This document shows positions 55,651 to 63,517 of a stretch of DNA of 64,000 nt, piece after piece; position 1 is the stretch's first letter, and each line of letters starts with the position of its first letter. A program made the translations under genes and the position numbers. The stretch is from positions 224,001 through 288,000 of the forward strand of contig CBDBLV010000004.1 in the NCBI GenBank assembly GCA_965207225.1, read 5' to 3'. The notes below the pieces were generated by a model. The model was not told where the DNA came from. It did no database searches and saw only the letters and a program-made list of their open reading frames with translations. Source of the stretch: Dehalococcoidia bacterium (GTDB taxonomy: Bacteria > Chloroflexota > Dehalococcoidia > Plut-88900).

Positions 55651-56403
55651 ATCGAGCCGGAGAAGATAAGGGCCATCCTGGAGCAGGTCAAAAGCGGCGC
55701 CCTGAGCGTCGACCAGGCCTACGACGGCCTACGTCTGCTTCCCTACCAGGACCTCGGTTTCGCCAAGATCGACCACCACCGCGCCCTCCGGAAGGGCGTC
55801 CCTGAAGTGGTCTTTGGCGAGGGCAAGAGCATTGAGCAGATCACTTCCATTGCCAAAGAGCTAGCGGACCGGGCTGGCCGGTTCATGGTCACAAGGGTCG
55901 GCCCCGAGGCCTTCAAATCCGTCTCCGTTCACATCCCCGACGCCAATTACAACGAATCCGCAAGAATAATCTGGCTGGACCGCCGGGAAGGTCTCGTTCT
56001 AAAGCAGGGCGTTGCTATCCTGGCCGCAGGCACCGCAGACCTCCCCGTCGCCGAAGAAGCCGCTGTCACCTGCCGGATAATGGGCCACGACCCCCTGACC
56101 CTCTACGATGTGGGCGTTGCCGGAATCCACCGGCTGCTCGACCAGGTGGAGACCTTGCAAAAGGCCCGAGTCATCGTGGCCGTTGCGGGTATGGAGGGTG
56201 CTCTTCCCAGCGTGGTCGGGGGCCTGGTGCAGGCCCCGGTCATCGCCGTCCCGACCAGCGTGGGCTACGGCGTCGGCATAGACGGCCTGGGCGCCATTAT
56301 GACGATGCTCAACAGCTGCTCCCAGGGCATAGCCGTGGTGAACATCGACAACGGCTTCGGGGCCGGGTACCTGGCGGCCATCATCAACCAGACCCGAGAC
56401 TAA
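55651..56403 (+). CDS. larB: Nickel-pincer cofactor biosynthesis protein LarB (probable ATC start)
   Basis: DLGFAKIDHHR, PEVVFGEGK, AGTADLPVAEEA, DVGVAGIHRL, AGMEGALPSV, VPTSVGYG, NIDNGFGA. Confidence 0.92.
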   Translation: MEPEKIRAILEQVKSGALSVDQAYDGLRLLPYQDLGFAKIDHHRALRKGVPEVVFGEGKSIEQITSIAKELADRAGRFMVTRVGPEAFKSVSVHIPDANYNESARIIWLDRREGLVLKQGVAILAAGTADLPVAEEAAVTCRIMGHDPLTLYDVGVAGIHRLLDQVETLQKARVIVAVAGMEGALPSVVGGLVQAPVIAVPTSVGYGVGIDGLGAIMTMLNSCSQGIAVVNIDNGFGAGYLAAIINQTRD

Positions 56404-56445
56404 CCCAAGGCAACTCGGCCGGTCGATCCAGGGACAGGGTCGGGC

Positions 56446-56673
56446 TTAGCCGACTTTCCGTACCTCCAGCACCTCGCCCGGGGCAAGGGCCACGCGGCGT
56501 ACATTTACGCCGAACTTGAGGAGCCAGTACCAAAGGGTGCCCTTGTTGACTTCCATGTCCTCCGCCATCGCAGGCAGGCCCATGCGGTTGTACATTTCCG
56601 GCAGCAGTTCCTCCAGCGGCCGGTTGTAGCGCTCCTCGACGCGTCGCATCAATTTGCTCTTTCTAATAGCCAA
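56446..56673 (-). CDS. Small HTH-like hypothetical protein
   Basis: GGAGG SD plus TTG start; GLPAMAEDMEVNKGTLWYWL resembles an HTH; own promoter TTGACC-17-TAGAGT upstream. Confidence 0.7.
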   Translation of the reverse strand: MAIRKSKLMRRVEERYNRPLEELLPEMYNRMGLPAMAEDMEVNKGTLWYWLLKFGVNVRRVALAPGEVLEVRKVG

Positions 56674-56845
56674 AATAACCTCCCACCTCCTGAGGTTAGC
56701 CTCACTCTAGCACCACTTTAGAACCCGGTCAAGATTTACTCACAATTGGTCTAGACGAAATACAGTACAGGGAATAGACGCATTCAAAACCGGGCACAAG
56801 GGCTGCGGAATAATCTTGTTCGCCGGCGGCTAAGCGTGGCACAAT

Positions 56846-57397
56846 ATGCCCCGACCCGTCCGTCAGACATTCTCAGGACTCCCCCGACAAGTGACTGCCA
56901 GGCAAACCCCCAACCCCATCCAGGCCACCCGACAGAATCATGCCCTGGAGCACGCCACAATCGCCATTTTGCTCCAACGCAGCAACATTCACACCAGGAT
57001 CGCCGGCAGGGCGTCCCCAGGCGGATTCCACGTCTACGGCAACATCCCCACCCCCCTCGTAGAAGAAGCGGCCCACGAGGCCCTCCGCAGGCTAAAGAAC
57101 GGGGAACGGGACCTGGCTCTGTCGCCCTTCTGCGGCACCAACATAGCCGTCGCGGGAATACTGGCCGGCCTGGCATCTATCCTGGTCATGGGTTCCGGCA
57201 ATAGATTCCTCAACCTGCCCAGGGTGGTCCTTGCTGCCATCATAGCGGTTCTGGCCGCCCAGCCTATAGGCAAGATTGTCCAGAGACGCCTGACGACCTA
57301 TGCCGACCTGGGTGAAATGGTGATAACCGGGGTCACCAGATCAACTGTCGGCCCCTGGCCCTCCCACAGGATCGACACCGCTTTTGGGTTAGAATAG
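56846..57397 (+). CDS. DUF6391-like protein
   Basis: RQNHALEHATI, ALRRLKNGERDLALSPFCGTN, two TM helices; start uncertain. Confidence 0.7.
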   Translation: MPRPVRQTFSGLPRQVTARQTPNPIQATRQNHALEHATIAILLQRSNIHTRIAGRASPGGFHVYGNIPTPLVEEAAHEALRRLKNGERDLALSPFCGTNIAVAGILAGLASILVMGSGNRFLNLPRVVLAAIIAVLAAQPIGKIVQRRLTTYADLGEMVITGVTRSTVGPWPSHRIDTAFGLE

Positions 57398-57441
57398 GTG
57401 AGCCCCCGACCGGAAGAGCGTCCGGCCTCGGGGCCCGAGAC

Positions 57442-57517
57442 GTCCCTGTAGCTCAGTGGATAGAGCGACTGCCTTCTAAGCAGTGGGTCGTGGGTTCGAA
57501 TCCCTCCAGGGACGCCA
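57442..57517 (+). tRNA. tRNA-Arg (anticodon TCT)
   Basis: Acceptor GTCCCTG/CAGGGAC, D-arm GCTC/GAGC, anticodon arm ACTGC-CTTCTAA-GCAGT, TTCGAAT T-loop, encoded CCA. Confidence 0.96.
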
Positions 57518-57583
57518 TTCACACTTCGATACCGGCTGTCCACAAGGTAAAAGAGTCCCGAGCCACACACCAAGGAGGTCCCA

Positions 57584-57907
57584 ATGATCTACGAACTGAG
57601 AACTTACTACGCAGCCCCGGGCAAGATGGACGCCCTGAACAAGAGGTTCCGGGACCACACCTGCGACATCTTCGAAAGGCACGGGATGACCGTCGTCGGG
57701 TTCTGGACTCCCGAGGGCAAGGATCAGGAGGTCCTGGTATACATGCTCGGGTTTGAAGGCGCCGACCACATGAAGAAATGCTGGGAGTCCTTCGGCGCGG
57801 ACGATGAATGGAAAAAGGTGCGGGCCGACAGTGAGGTAGATGGAGAGCTGGTGTCCAGCCTGGAAAGCTCTGTCCTCATCCCCACAGACTACTCCGCCAT
57901 CAAGTAG
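57584..57907 (+). CDS. NIPSNAP family protein
   Basis: MIYELRTY...PGKMDALNKRF...HGMTVVGFW...PTDYS. Confidence 0.92.
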   Translation: MIYELRTYYAAPGKMDALNKRFRDHTCDIFERHGMTVVGFWTPEGKDQEVLVYMLGFEGADHMKKCWESFGADDEWKKVRADSEVDGELVSSLESSVLIPTDYSAIK

Positions 57908-57937
57908 ACTATCGCACCCACAACTTCGAGGTAAAGC

Positions 57938-57973
57938 AGAGAGGGGAGCGGCCAGGCCGCTCCCCTCTCTTTT
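57938..57973. terminator. Intrinsic (likely bidirectional) terminator
   Basis: 15-bp stem AGAGAGGGGAGCGGC-cag-GCCGCTCCCCTCTCT followed by TTT, between convergent genes. Confidence 0.85.
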
Positions 57974-58020
57974 GTCTCGTCAGGCGTGACGCCTTCCGAG
58001 TCTACTCTGTCTTTCTTATC

Positions 58021-59373
58021 CTACTGGGTCACGTCCGCGAGGAACGCTTCCATCCTCTCGGCTAGGGCATCGAGGTTGGTACCCAGCCATACCTCGTCGA
58101 CCACAACGGCCTTTTCAAGGGCCGAGGGGGAGGTCGGGAGGTTGTCGATGAGGGTCTGGGATACGCCCTCGAGGTCGGTGTTGACCAGCGGGAGGGCCTG
58201 GAAGTTCAGCGGGCCGTAGGTGATCCATTTGATCATCTCTACGTTGATGTGCGGCTCAGCAGTCCAGGAGATGAACAGCTCGGCAAGCTCCTTGTTGGGG
58301 GAGCCCTTCGGGATGTAGAACACGTCGGTCTGGTTCAGGTGTCCACACTCGAAGCAGTAGTGGATGTTGTCTCCACCCTCTTCGATCTGAACGTTCCAGA
58401 TTCGACCGTTCCACGCCGTGCACATGTCCGCTTCATCGTTGAGCAGGGCTGCCGGGCAGTCCGTGCCCGCCGTCCACCAGAACTGGATGTGGGGCTTGAT
58501 CAGCTCCAACTGTTCGAAGGACTGGTCGACCTGCTCTTCAGTAAGGCTTGCAATGGCGTTCCGACCTTCACTGGTCTCCAGGATCTCAGGCGTGCGGTTG
58601 AAGTGGGCGAAGAAGATATTCTCGTTCACCCTGCGACCCATCCACCTGGTTCCCGGGAATGCCTCGGTGTCCCAGAATGCTGTCCAGTCTTCAGGCTTAT
58701 TGCCGCCCCAGAGCTCGTCGACCTTGTTCTTCTGGTAGGCGAGACCCGTGGACCAGAGCACTCCGCCGCCACCACTCCAGGGAGTGATCGCCACTTCGGG
58801 GAAGAAGGGGAGGTAGCGGTTGTGGATGCCGGGGGTCAGTTCTTCGAGGTCACCCGTCGGGCCGAGCTGATAGACGGCCCTGGTGCCGGAGTCGACCACG
58901 TCCCAGGTCACGTTCCCGGTCTCGACCATGGAACGGATCTTGGCGTACTCAACGGGGCTGTCTTCGACCAGCTGGATGCCGAACCTCTCCTGGAAGGGGA
59001 GGAAGTAGGCATTCCTCTGGGCTGCCTGGTAGGCACCGCCCCAGGAAACTACGTTCAGGCTGGAACCTCTGTAGTTCTCGAGCGCCGCTTCGATTTCCTC
59101 GAAGGTGGCAGGGTTGTCAGCCGTCCACTCGTCTATCGGGCGGGGACCCGCGGGCTCGGGCTCCGCAGTAGCCTCGACGACCTGGCCGGGCACTGCCGTT
59201 GCAGTCGGCTCGGGCATTGCCGTGGGCTCCATCGCGGGCTCTTCGGGCTCGGGTGTTGCAGTGGCGGCTTCGCCGCAAGCTGCTACCACGAGCATGAGCG
59301 CCAGGACCAGCCCCAGCGCGCCCAAGACGGCCCGTCGCCGGCTCATCTTGATTCTTTTCTTTCCAATTTGCAT
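58021..59373 (-). CDS. ABC substrate-binding lipoprotein (polyamine/PotD-like), paralog 1
   Basis: Lipobox VAAC, Pro/Glu linker, VSWGGAYQAAQ, GNVTWDVVD, AWNGR. Confidence 0.88.
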   Translation of the reverse strand: MQIGKKRIKMSRRRAVLGALGLVLALMLVVAACGEAATATPEPEEPAMEPTAMPEPTATAVPGQVVEATAEPEPAGPRPIDEWTADNPATFEEIEAALENYRGSSLNVVSWGGAYQAAQRNAYFLPFQERFGIQLVEDSPVEYAKIRSMVETGNVTWDVVDSGTRAVYQLGPTGDLEELTPGIHNRYLPFFPEVAITPWSGGGGVLWSTGLAYQKNKVDELWGGNKPEDWTAFWDTEAFPGTRWMGRRVNENIFFAHFNRTPEILETSEGRNAIASLTEEQVDQSFEQLELIKPHIQFWWTAGTDCPAALLNDEADMCTAWNGRIWNVQIEEGGDNIHYCFECGHLNQTDVFYIPKGSPNKELAELFISWTAEPHINVEMIKWITYGPLNFQALPLVNTDLEGVSQTLIDNLPTSPSALEKAVVVDEVWLGTNLDALAERMEAFLADVTQ

Positions 59374-59646
59374 AAGCTCTCCTATCTAAAGTCCTTACGA
59401 GTCTCGAACCCAAAGAAGCGTTCGTCCTCGTCTGCCGGAGGAACGTTTGTTACATAGGCGTTCTCCTCAAGGGTTGGTGTGTTTGTCCTCTTGCTCTGAA
59501 AATACTGCGTATTATAGCTTTCTGTCCTGGCAAAATGTGTCGGTCTGCCTGCCGTGCTTAACGGACGGGGGCGGAGGAGGCATGTGCCTCTTCCGCCGCA
59601 TTCCGATTTCTTGTATCTAGTGTCCTTCTCCGGCCCGAGGGGTCGA

Positions 59647-60960
59647 TCACTCCTGCAACAACTCCTGGAACCTCTCAATCATCATCTGGCCCTCGTTTAA
59701 GTTGGTGCCCAGCCAGAACTCATCCATGATGATGACCTTCTCCAATGCTATTGGTGAAGTAGGCAGGGCTTCAACTATTGCGGGGTCCAGTACGGAGGGC
59801 GCCAAAGCTACGGCCTCGGGGTGCAGCGGTCCGTAGGTGATGTAGTTGGAAACTTCCACTGCATTCTCGGGGAAGCCCATCCACGCCAGGTACAACTCCG
59901 CCAATTCCTTGTTCTCCGAGCCGTTGACTATGGCATAAACGCCCGTCTGATTTATGTGACCACACTCGTAGCAGTAGTACAGGGGAGAATTGTCATCCTC
60001 CTGCTGGGCGTTCCAGATCCTGCCGTTCCAGGCAGTGCAGGTATCGTAGTCTCCTGCTATGAGCCCCTGCGGGCAGTCGGTGCCCGTGTGCCACCAGTTG
60101 ACCAGGTGGTCCTTGATCACCCGGAGATGAGTAAAGGACTCGTCAAGCTGTGCGTCGTCCAGGCTGCTGATGCTGGCCCTACCCTCGACGGATTCCATCT
60201 TCTCGGGGTATAGAGCCATTTGGGCAAAAATCACGTTCTCGTTGGGGCGGTCTCCCATGGACCTGAGTCCCGATACACCGTCGACGTCCCAGAAGTCGAC
60301 CCAGTCTTTGGGCGCGCCTTCGTGGTTGGGGTAGGCGTCCAGGCTGTAGGCCAGTCCGGTGGACCAGAGAACACCTGCGCCTCCACTCCAGGGCGTTTGA
60401 GTGATTTCCGGATAGGCAAGTGTGTAACCGTTGTGGATTGCCGGGTCCAGTTCTTCCAGGTGGCCAGGGATGCCGAGGGTGTAGACCCACCTGGTGCCGA
60501 AGTCCACTACGTCCCATGTTACGTTGCCGGTCTCGGACATCGCCTGGATCTTGGCCAACTCGACAGGACTGTCTTCGACAATCTGTATGCCAAACTTCTC
60601 GGCGAAGGGGATCATGTGGCCCTGGCGAATCGCTGCCTGCCAGCCACCGCCCCAGCTGGTCTGGGTGAAGCTGTCGCCGCGGTATTTGGTCAGTTCAGCC
60701 TCGATCTCCTCCAGTGTCGCAGGCTCTTCGGCCGTCCACTCGGATCTAGGCCTGACGTGGCTGACCATTGCGTCGCCATCGTCCATGGCGGCGTCATCGT
60801 CCATGGTGGTCTCGGGCTCTTCAGCCTCGGGTTCCGGGGTAGCCGTAGCCGCCTCCCCACAAGCCGCCAATACGAGAAGAAGGGCCATGAGGCCAGCTAC
60901 GGCAAGTACGGCCCAACTCTTCTTAATCTTGCGCCTGGCAAATGAACTCGTACGTTTCAT
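59647..60960 (-). CDS. ABC substrate-binding lipoprotein (polyamine/PotD-like), paralog 2
   Basis: Lipobox LAAC, SWGGGWQ, GNVTWDVVD, AWNGR; ATG 60960 follows an AGGAGG SD. Confidence 0.88.
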   Translation of the reverse strand: MKRTSSFARRKIKKSWAVLAVAGLMALLLVLAACGEAATATPEPEAEEPETTMDDDAAMDDGDAMVSHVRPRSEWTAEEPATLEEIEAELTKYRGDSFTQTSWGGGWQAAIRQGHMIPFAEKFGIQIVEDSPVELAKIQAMSETGNVTWDVVDFGTRWVYTLGIPGHLEELDPAIHNGYTLAYPEITQTPWSGGAGVLWSTGLAYSLDAYPNHEGAPKDWVDFWDVDGVSGLRSMGDRPNENVIFAQMALYPEKMESVEGRASISSLDDAQLDESFTHLRVIKDHLVNWWHTGTDCPQGLIAGDYDTCTAWNGRIWNAQQEDDNSPLYYCYECGHINQTGVYAIVNGSENKELAELYLAWMGFPENAVEVSNYITYGPLHPEAVALAPSVLDPAIVEALPTSPIALEKVIIMDEFWLGTNLNEGQMMIERFQELLQE

Positions 60961-61092
60961 AGTCCCTCCTCTCTGGTAGTCCAATTGTCAGCTAGCTTGA
61001 CGATTTCCGTCTGGACAGGCAATGGATTAACCCTTCGGGAAGTACCGCCGCTCTGCTAGCTGGGCAGCCCCTTCCCCCGTATAGATTAGGGG

Positions 61093-61121
61093 ATTCTATA
61101 GACGCACCGCCCTCTTGTCAA
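61093..61121 (-). promoter_or_regulatory. Sigma70 promoter of SBP paralog 2
   Basis: TTGACA-17 bp-TAGAAT on the minus strand; coordinates approximate. Confidence 0.7.
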
Positions 61122-61222
61122 ATTGCTCGTGGCTAAATGGGCCTTTGCCAGGCTAAGGAATCAACTGCCCTCGAAAGGCGCAATGGTATACTCCCTCCCA
61201 ACCCAGCCCCGAGAGGTGTAAC

Positions 61223-62377
61223 TTGCAGCACAACCCCAACCTTCCCTTCACCGCCGAAGAGTACCGTACTCGCGTTGAAACGACCCTCGCCGCCATGGAG
61301 GAAAAGGGCGTCGACGGCCTGATGATTCACTCCCCGGAGAACATCTACTATCTGACCGGTTATCACAGCGTAGGGTATTTCACCTACACGGCTCTCATCC
61401 TGACCCCCAAGGGGGCCACCATAGTCATCCGGGACCTGATATCCAGCATGGTCGAACACACTTCGTGGGTGGATGACGTACAGGGCTGGACCGACATCCA
61501 GAACCCCATCGAGACCACAAAGAAGGCCCTGGATTCCGCAGGGCTCATCGGCAAGAACGTCGGGTACGACGAGCAGGCCTGGTTCTACAACATAGGCCAC
61601 CACAAAGCGCTGGTCGAGGCGTCAGGCACAACAAACTTCGTGGAGACGGCGGGCCTGGTTGAGGCCGTGCGTAGAGTCAAGTCTCCCCAGGAGATCGAAT
61701 ACATCAGGGAGGCGGCGCAGACCTGCAAGGCAGCCATGCAGGGATGCATCGACGCCATAGAGGAGGGCGCCACCGAGAACGATGCCGCAGCCTCCGCCTA
61801 CTACGAGTCCATAAAGGCCGGCAGCGAGTACCTCGGCCACGCCATGCTGGTAGCCACCGGCTCCCGAGGCGGCCTCGGGTTCACCACTTGGGAACGCAAC
61901 CGCATCAACCGCGGCGACCTTCTCTACCTGGAGATGGGCGGGAGCTACAGGCGCTACAACGCCTGCCTTTCCAGGGGCGTGGTCGTCGGCGAACCCTCAG
62001 ATCAGGCGAAGCGCCTCGCCGACGCCTCACGCGGGGCCCTGGAACGGGCCATCGAGGCCATGCAGCCGGGCGCATCTTCGGCCTCCGTCGACAGGGCCGC
62101 CCGGGGCTACATGGAGAGCCTGGGCCTTTCCGAGCATTTCCAGCACCGCTGCGGCTACCTGATTGGTGTCGGCTTCCCTCCCGACTGGGGAGAAGGCCGC
62201 ATCATGAGCCTCATCGAAAACGACGAGACTCCGCTGGAGCCCGGCCTCGTCTTCCACCTCGTCCCCGACGTGAAGATAGACGGCGAAATCGGCGTTATCT
62301 ACTCAGATACGGTCCTGGTCACCGACTCGGGCCCCGAGGTGCTGTCGGACTTCCCCCGCGACCTCGTCGTCAAGTAG
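61223..62377 (+). CDS. M24 pita-bread-fold hydrolase, creatinase/ectoine hydrolase (DoeA/EutD)-like
   Basis: FTAEEYRTR, PENIYYLTGY, RRVKSPQEI, CGYLIGVGFPPDWGE; canonical M24 metal ligands absent. Confidence 0.82.
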   Translation: MQHNPNLPFTAEEYRTRVETTLAAMEEKGVDGLMIHSPENIYYLTGYHSVGYFTYTALILTPKGATIVIRDLISSMVEHTSWVDDVQGWTDIQNPIETTKKALDSAGLIGKNVGYDEQAWFYNIGHHKALVEASGTTNFVETAGLVEAVRRVKSPQEIEYIREAAQTCKAAMQGCIDAIEEGATENDAAASAYYESIKAGSEYLGHAMLVATGSRGGLGFTTWERNRINRGDLLYLEMGGSYRRYNACLSRGVVVGEPSDQAKRLADASRGALERAIEAMQPGASSASVDRAARGYMESLGLSEHFQHRCGYLIGVGFPPDWGEGRIMSLIENDETPLEPGLVFHLVPDVKIDGEIGVIYSDTVLVTDSGPEVLSDFPRDLVVK

Positions 62378-62397
62378 GGCAGGTCAGTAACTAAGAA

Positions 62398-62424
62398 GTA
62401 GGGGCGGCACAGAGCCGCCCCTAC
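62398..62424. terminator. GTAG-flanked palindrome (REP-like / bidirectional terminator)
   Basis: GTAGGGGCGGC-acaga-GCCGCCCCTAC between convergent genes. Confidence 0.7.
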
Positions 62425-62448
62425 GTGGCTAATCAGTCTTATTTGAGG

Positions 62449-63426
62449 CTAACGCGTCTCCCGACGCGCTATCCACCTTGGCTGGTCGCAGATGTCGCCG
62501 AGGAACTCCATCACCGTGTGCGCCGCCAGGTAGGACGTTACGCCGGTGCCTACGTCCAGCTGTGGGTTAACCTCGCACAGGTCAAAGCCTATAACGTCGG
62601 TGTGCTCGGCGATGACCTTCAGGGTTTTCTTCAACTCCTCGTACATCATGCCGTTGGGCTCCGCCGACACGCAGCCCGGGACCAGGCTCATGTCCAGCAC
62701 GTCGATATCTATTGAGACGTAGACCTTGGCATCCGAAGGCAGCTCTTCTACCAGGTTCTTTTGCCCAACGTCCCGAAATTCTTCCATGCTGACGATGCGA
62801 TTGCCGTCCCGGAACGAATCGTCGACGTACTCTTTCACGTTGCGCAGGCTCCGGATCCCGACCTGGTAAATGGTGTCAACGTTAGCCATCGCGTTTATGT
62901 GCCTGAAAGCATGCCCGTTTGTGTATTCGAAGCCGTGCATAAACGGGGTGTAGTCGATGTGTGCATCGAAATGGAATACGTACAGCGGCTGTTCATCGAA
63001 GGCCCGGACAACGGGGAAGCTGACGGCATGGTCGCCTCCCAGAACAACGGGCATAGCGCCCTTTTCCAGCACCTTCTTGGTCATGGCGGTAATGTTGTAG
63101 AAGGAGTCTTCAGCGTTGGTCGGAATTATTGGTGCATCCCCGACATCGGCGATGCGCCCGTTCTTCATCTCGTACTCCAGGTACTCCTTGTCCTCCGAGA
63201 AGTTGTAGAACCCTTCTTGTCCAAACCTCAAGGAGTGTTGTCGGATGCTCTGGGGTGCGAACCGGGCCCCACCCATGAACGGCGATCCCTCGTCCGTCGG
63301 GGCGCCCATGACCGCGATGTCGGCTTCCAGCTGATCCAGGTCCGTCACGATCCTCGACCGGAGGAACGACGGTATCCCGCTGAAAGGCCAGACCTTCGGG
63401 CCCCGATACATATCTTGCTGTGCCAT
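62449..63426 (-). CDS. Ureohydrolase (agmatinase/arginase family)
   Basis: GARFAP, LGGDH, HFDAHID, SIDIDVLD, EVNP. Confidence 0.92.
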   Translation of the reverse strand: MAQQDMYRGPKVWPFSGIPSFLRSRIVTDLDQLEADIAVMGAPTDEGSPFMGGARFAPQSIRQHSLRFGQEGFYNFSEDKEYLEYEMKNGRIADVGDAPIIPTNAEDSFYNITAMTKKVLEKGAMPVVLGGDHAVSFPVVRAFDEQPLYVFHFDAHIDYTPFMHGFEYTNGHAFRHINAMANVDTIYQVGIRSLRNVKEYVDDSFRDGNRIVSMEEFRDVGQKNLVEELPSDAKVYVSIDIDVLDMSLVPGCVSAEPNGMMYEELKKTLKVIAEHTDVIGFDLCEVNPQLDVGTGVTSYLAAHTVMEFLGDICDQPRWIARRETR

Positions 63427-63517
63427 CTTTCAGTCCTTTATGTTGAGTAAGGGTATTGCCCTATACAGACTACAGGTCTTGTATGGATGCTTTATGTAGA
63501 GCGTCCAACCGTGCCAA

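Noticed and set aside
57442-57517. tRNA pseudogene or suppressor tRNA
   Set aside because: Only a single T-T mismatch in the T-stem; the other arms, the TCT anticodon and the CCA are canonical.
59400-59450. Guanidine-II/III riboswitch (GACGAGG/GACGA motifs)
   Set aside because: The paired ACGR-loop hairpins and the ykkC-III pseudoknot could not be built by eye; kept only as an unassigned leader finding.
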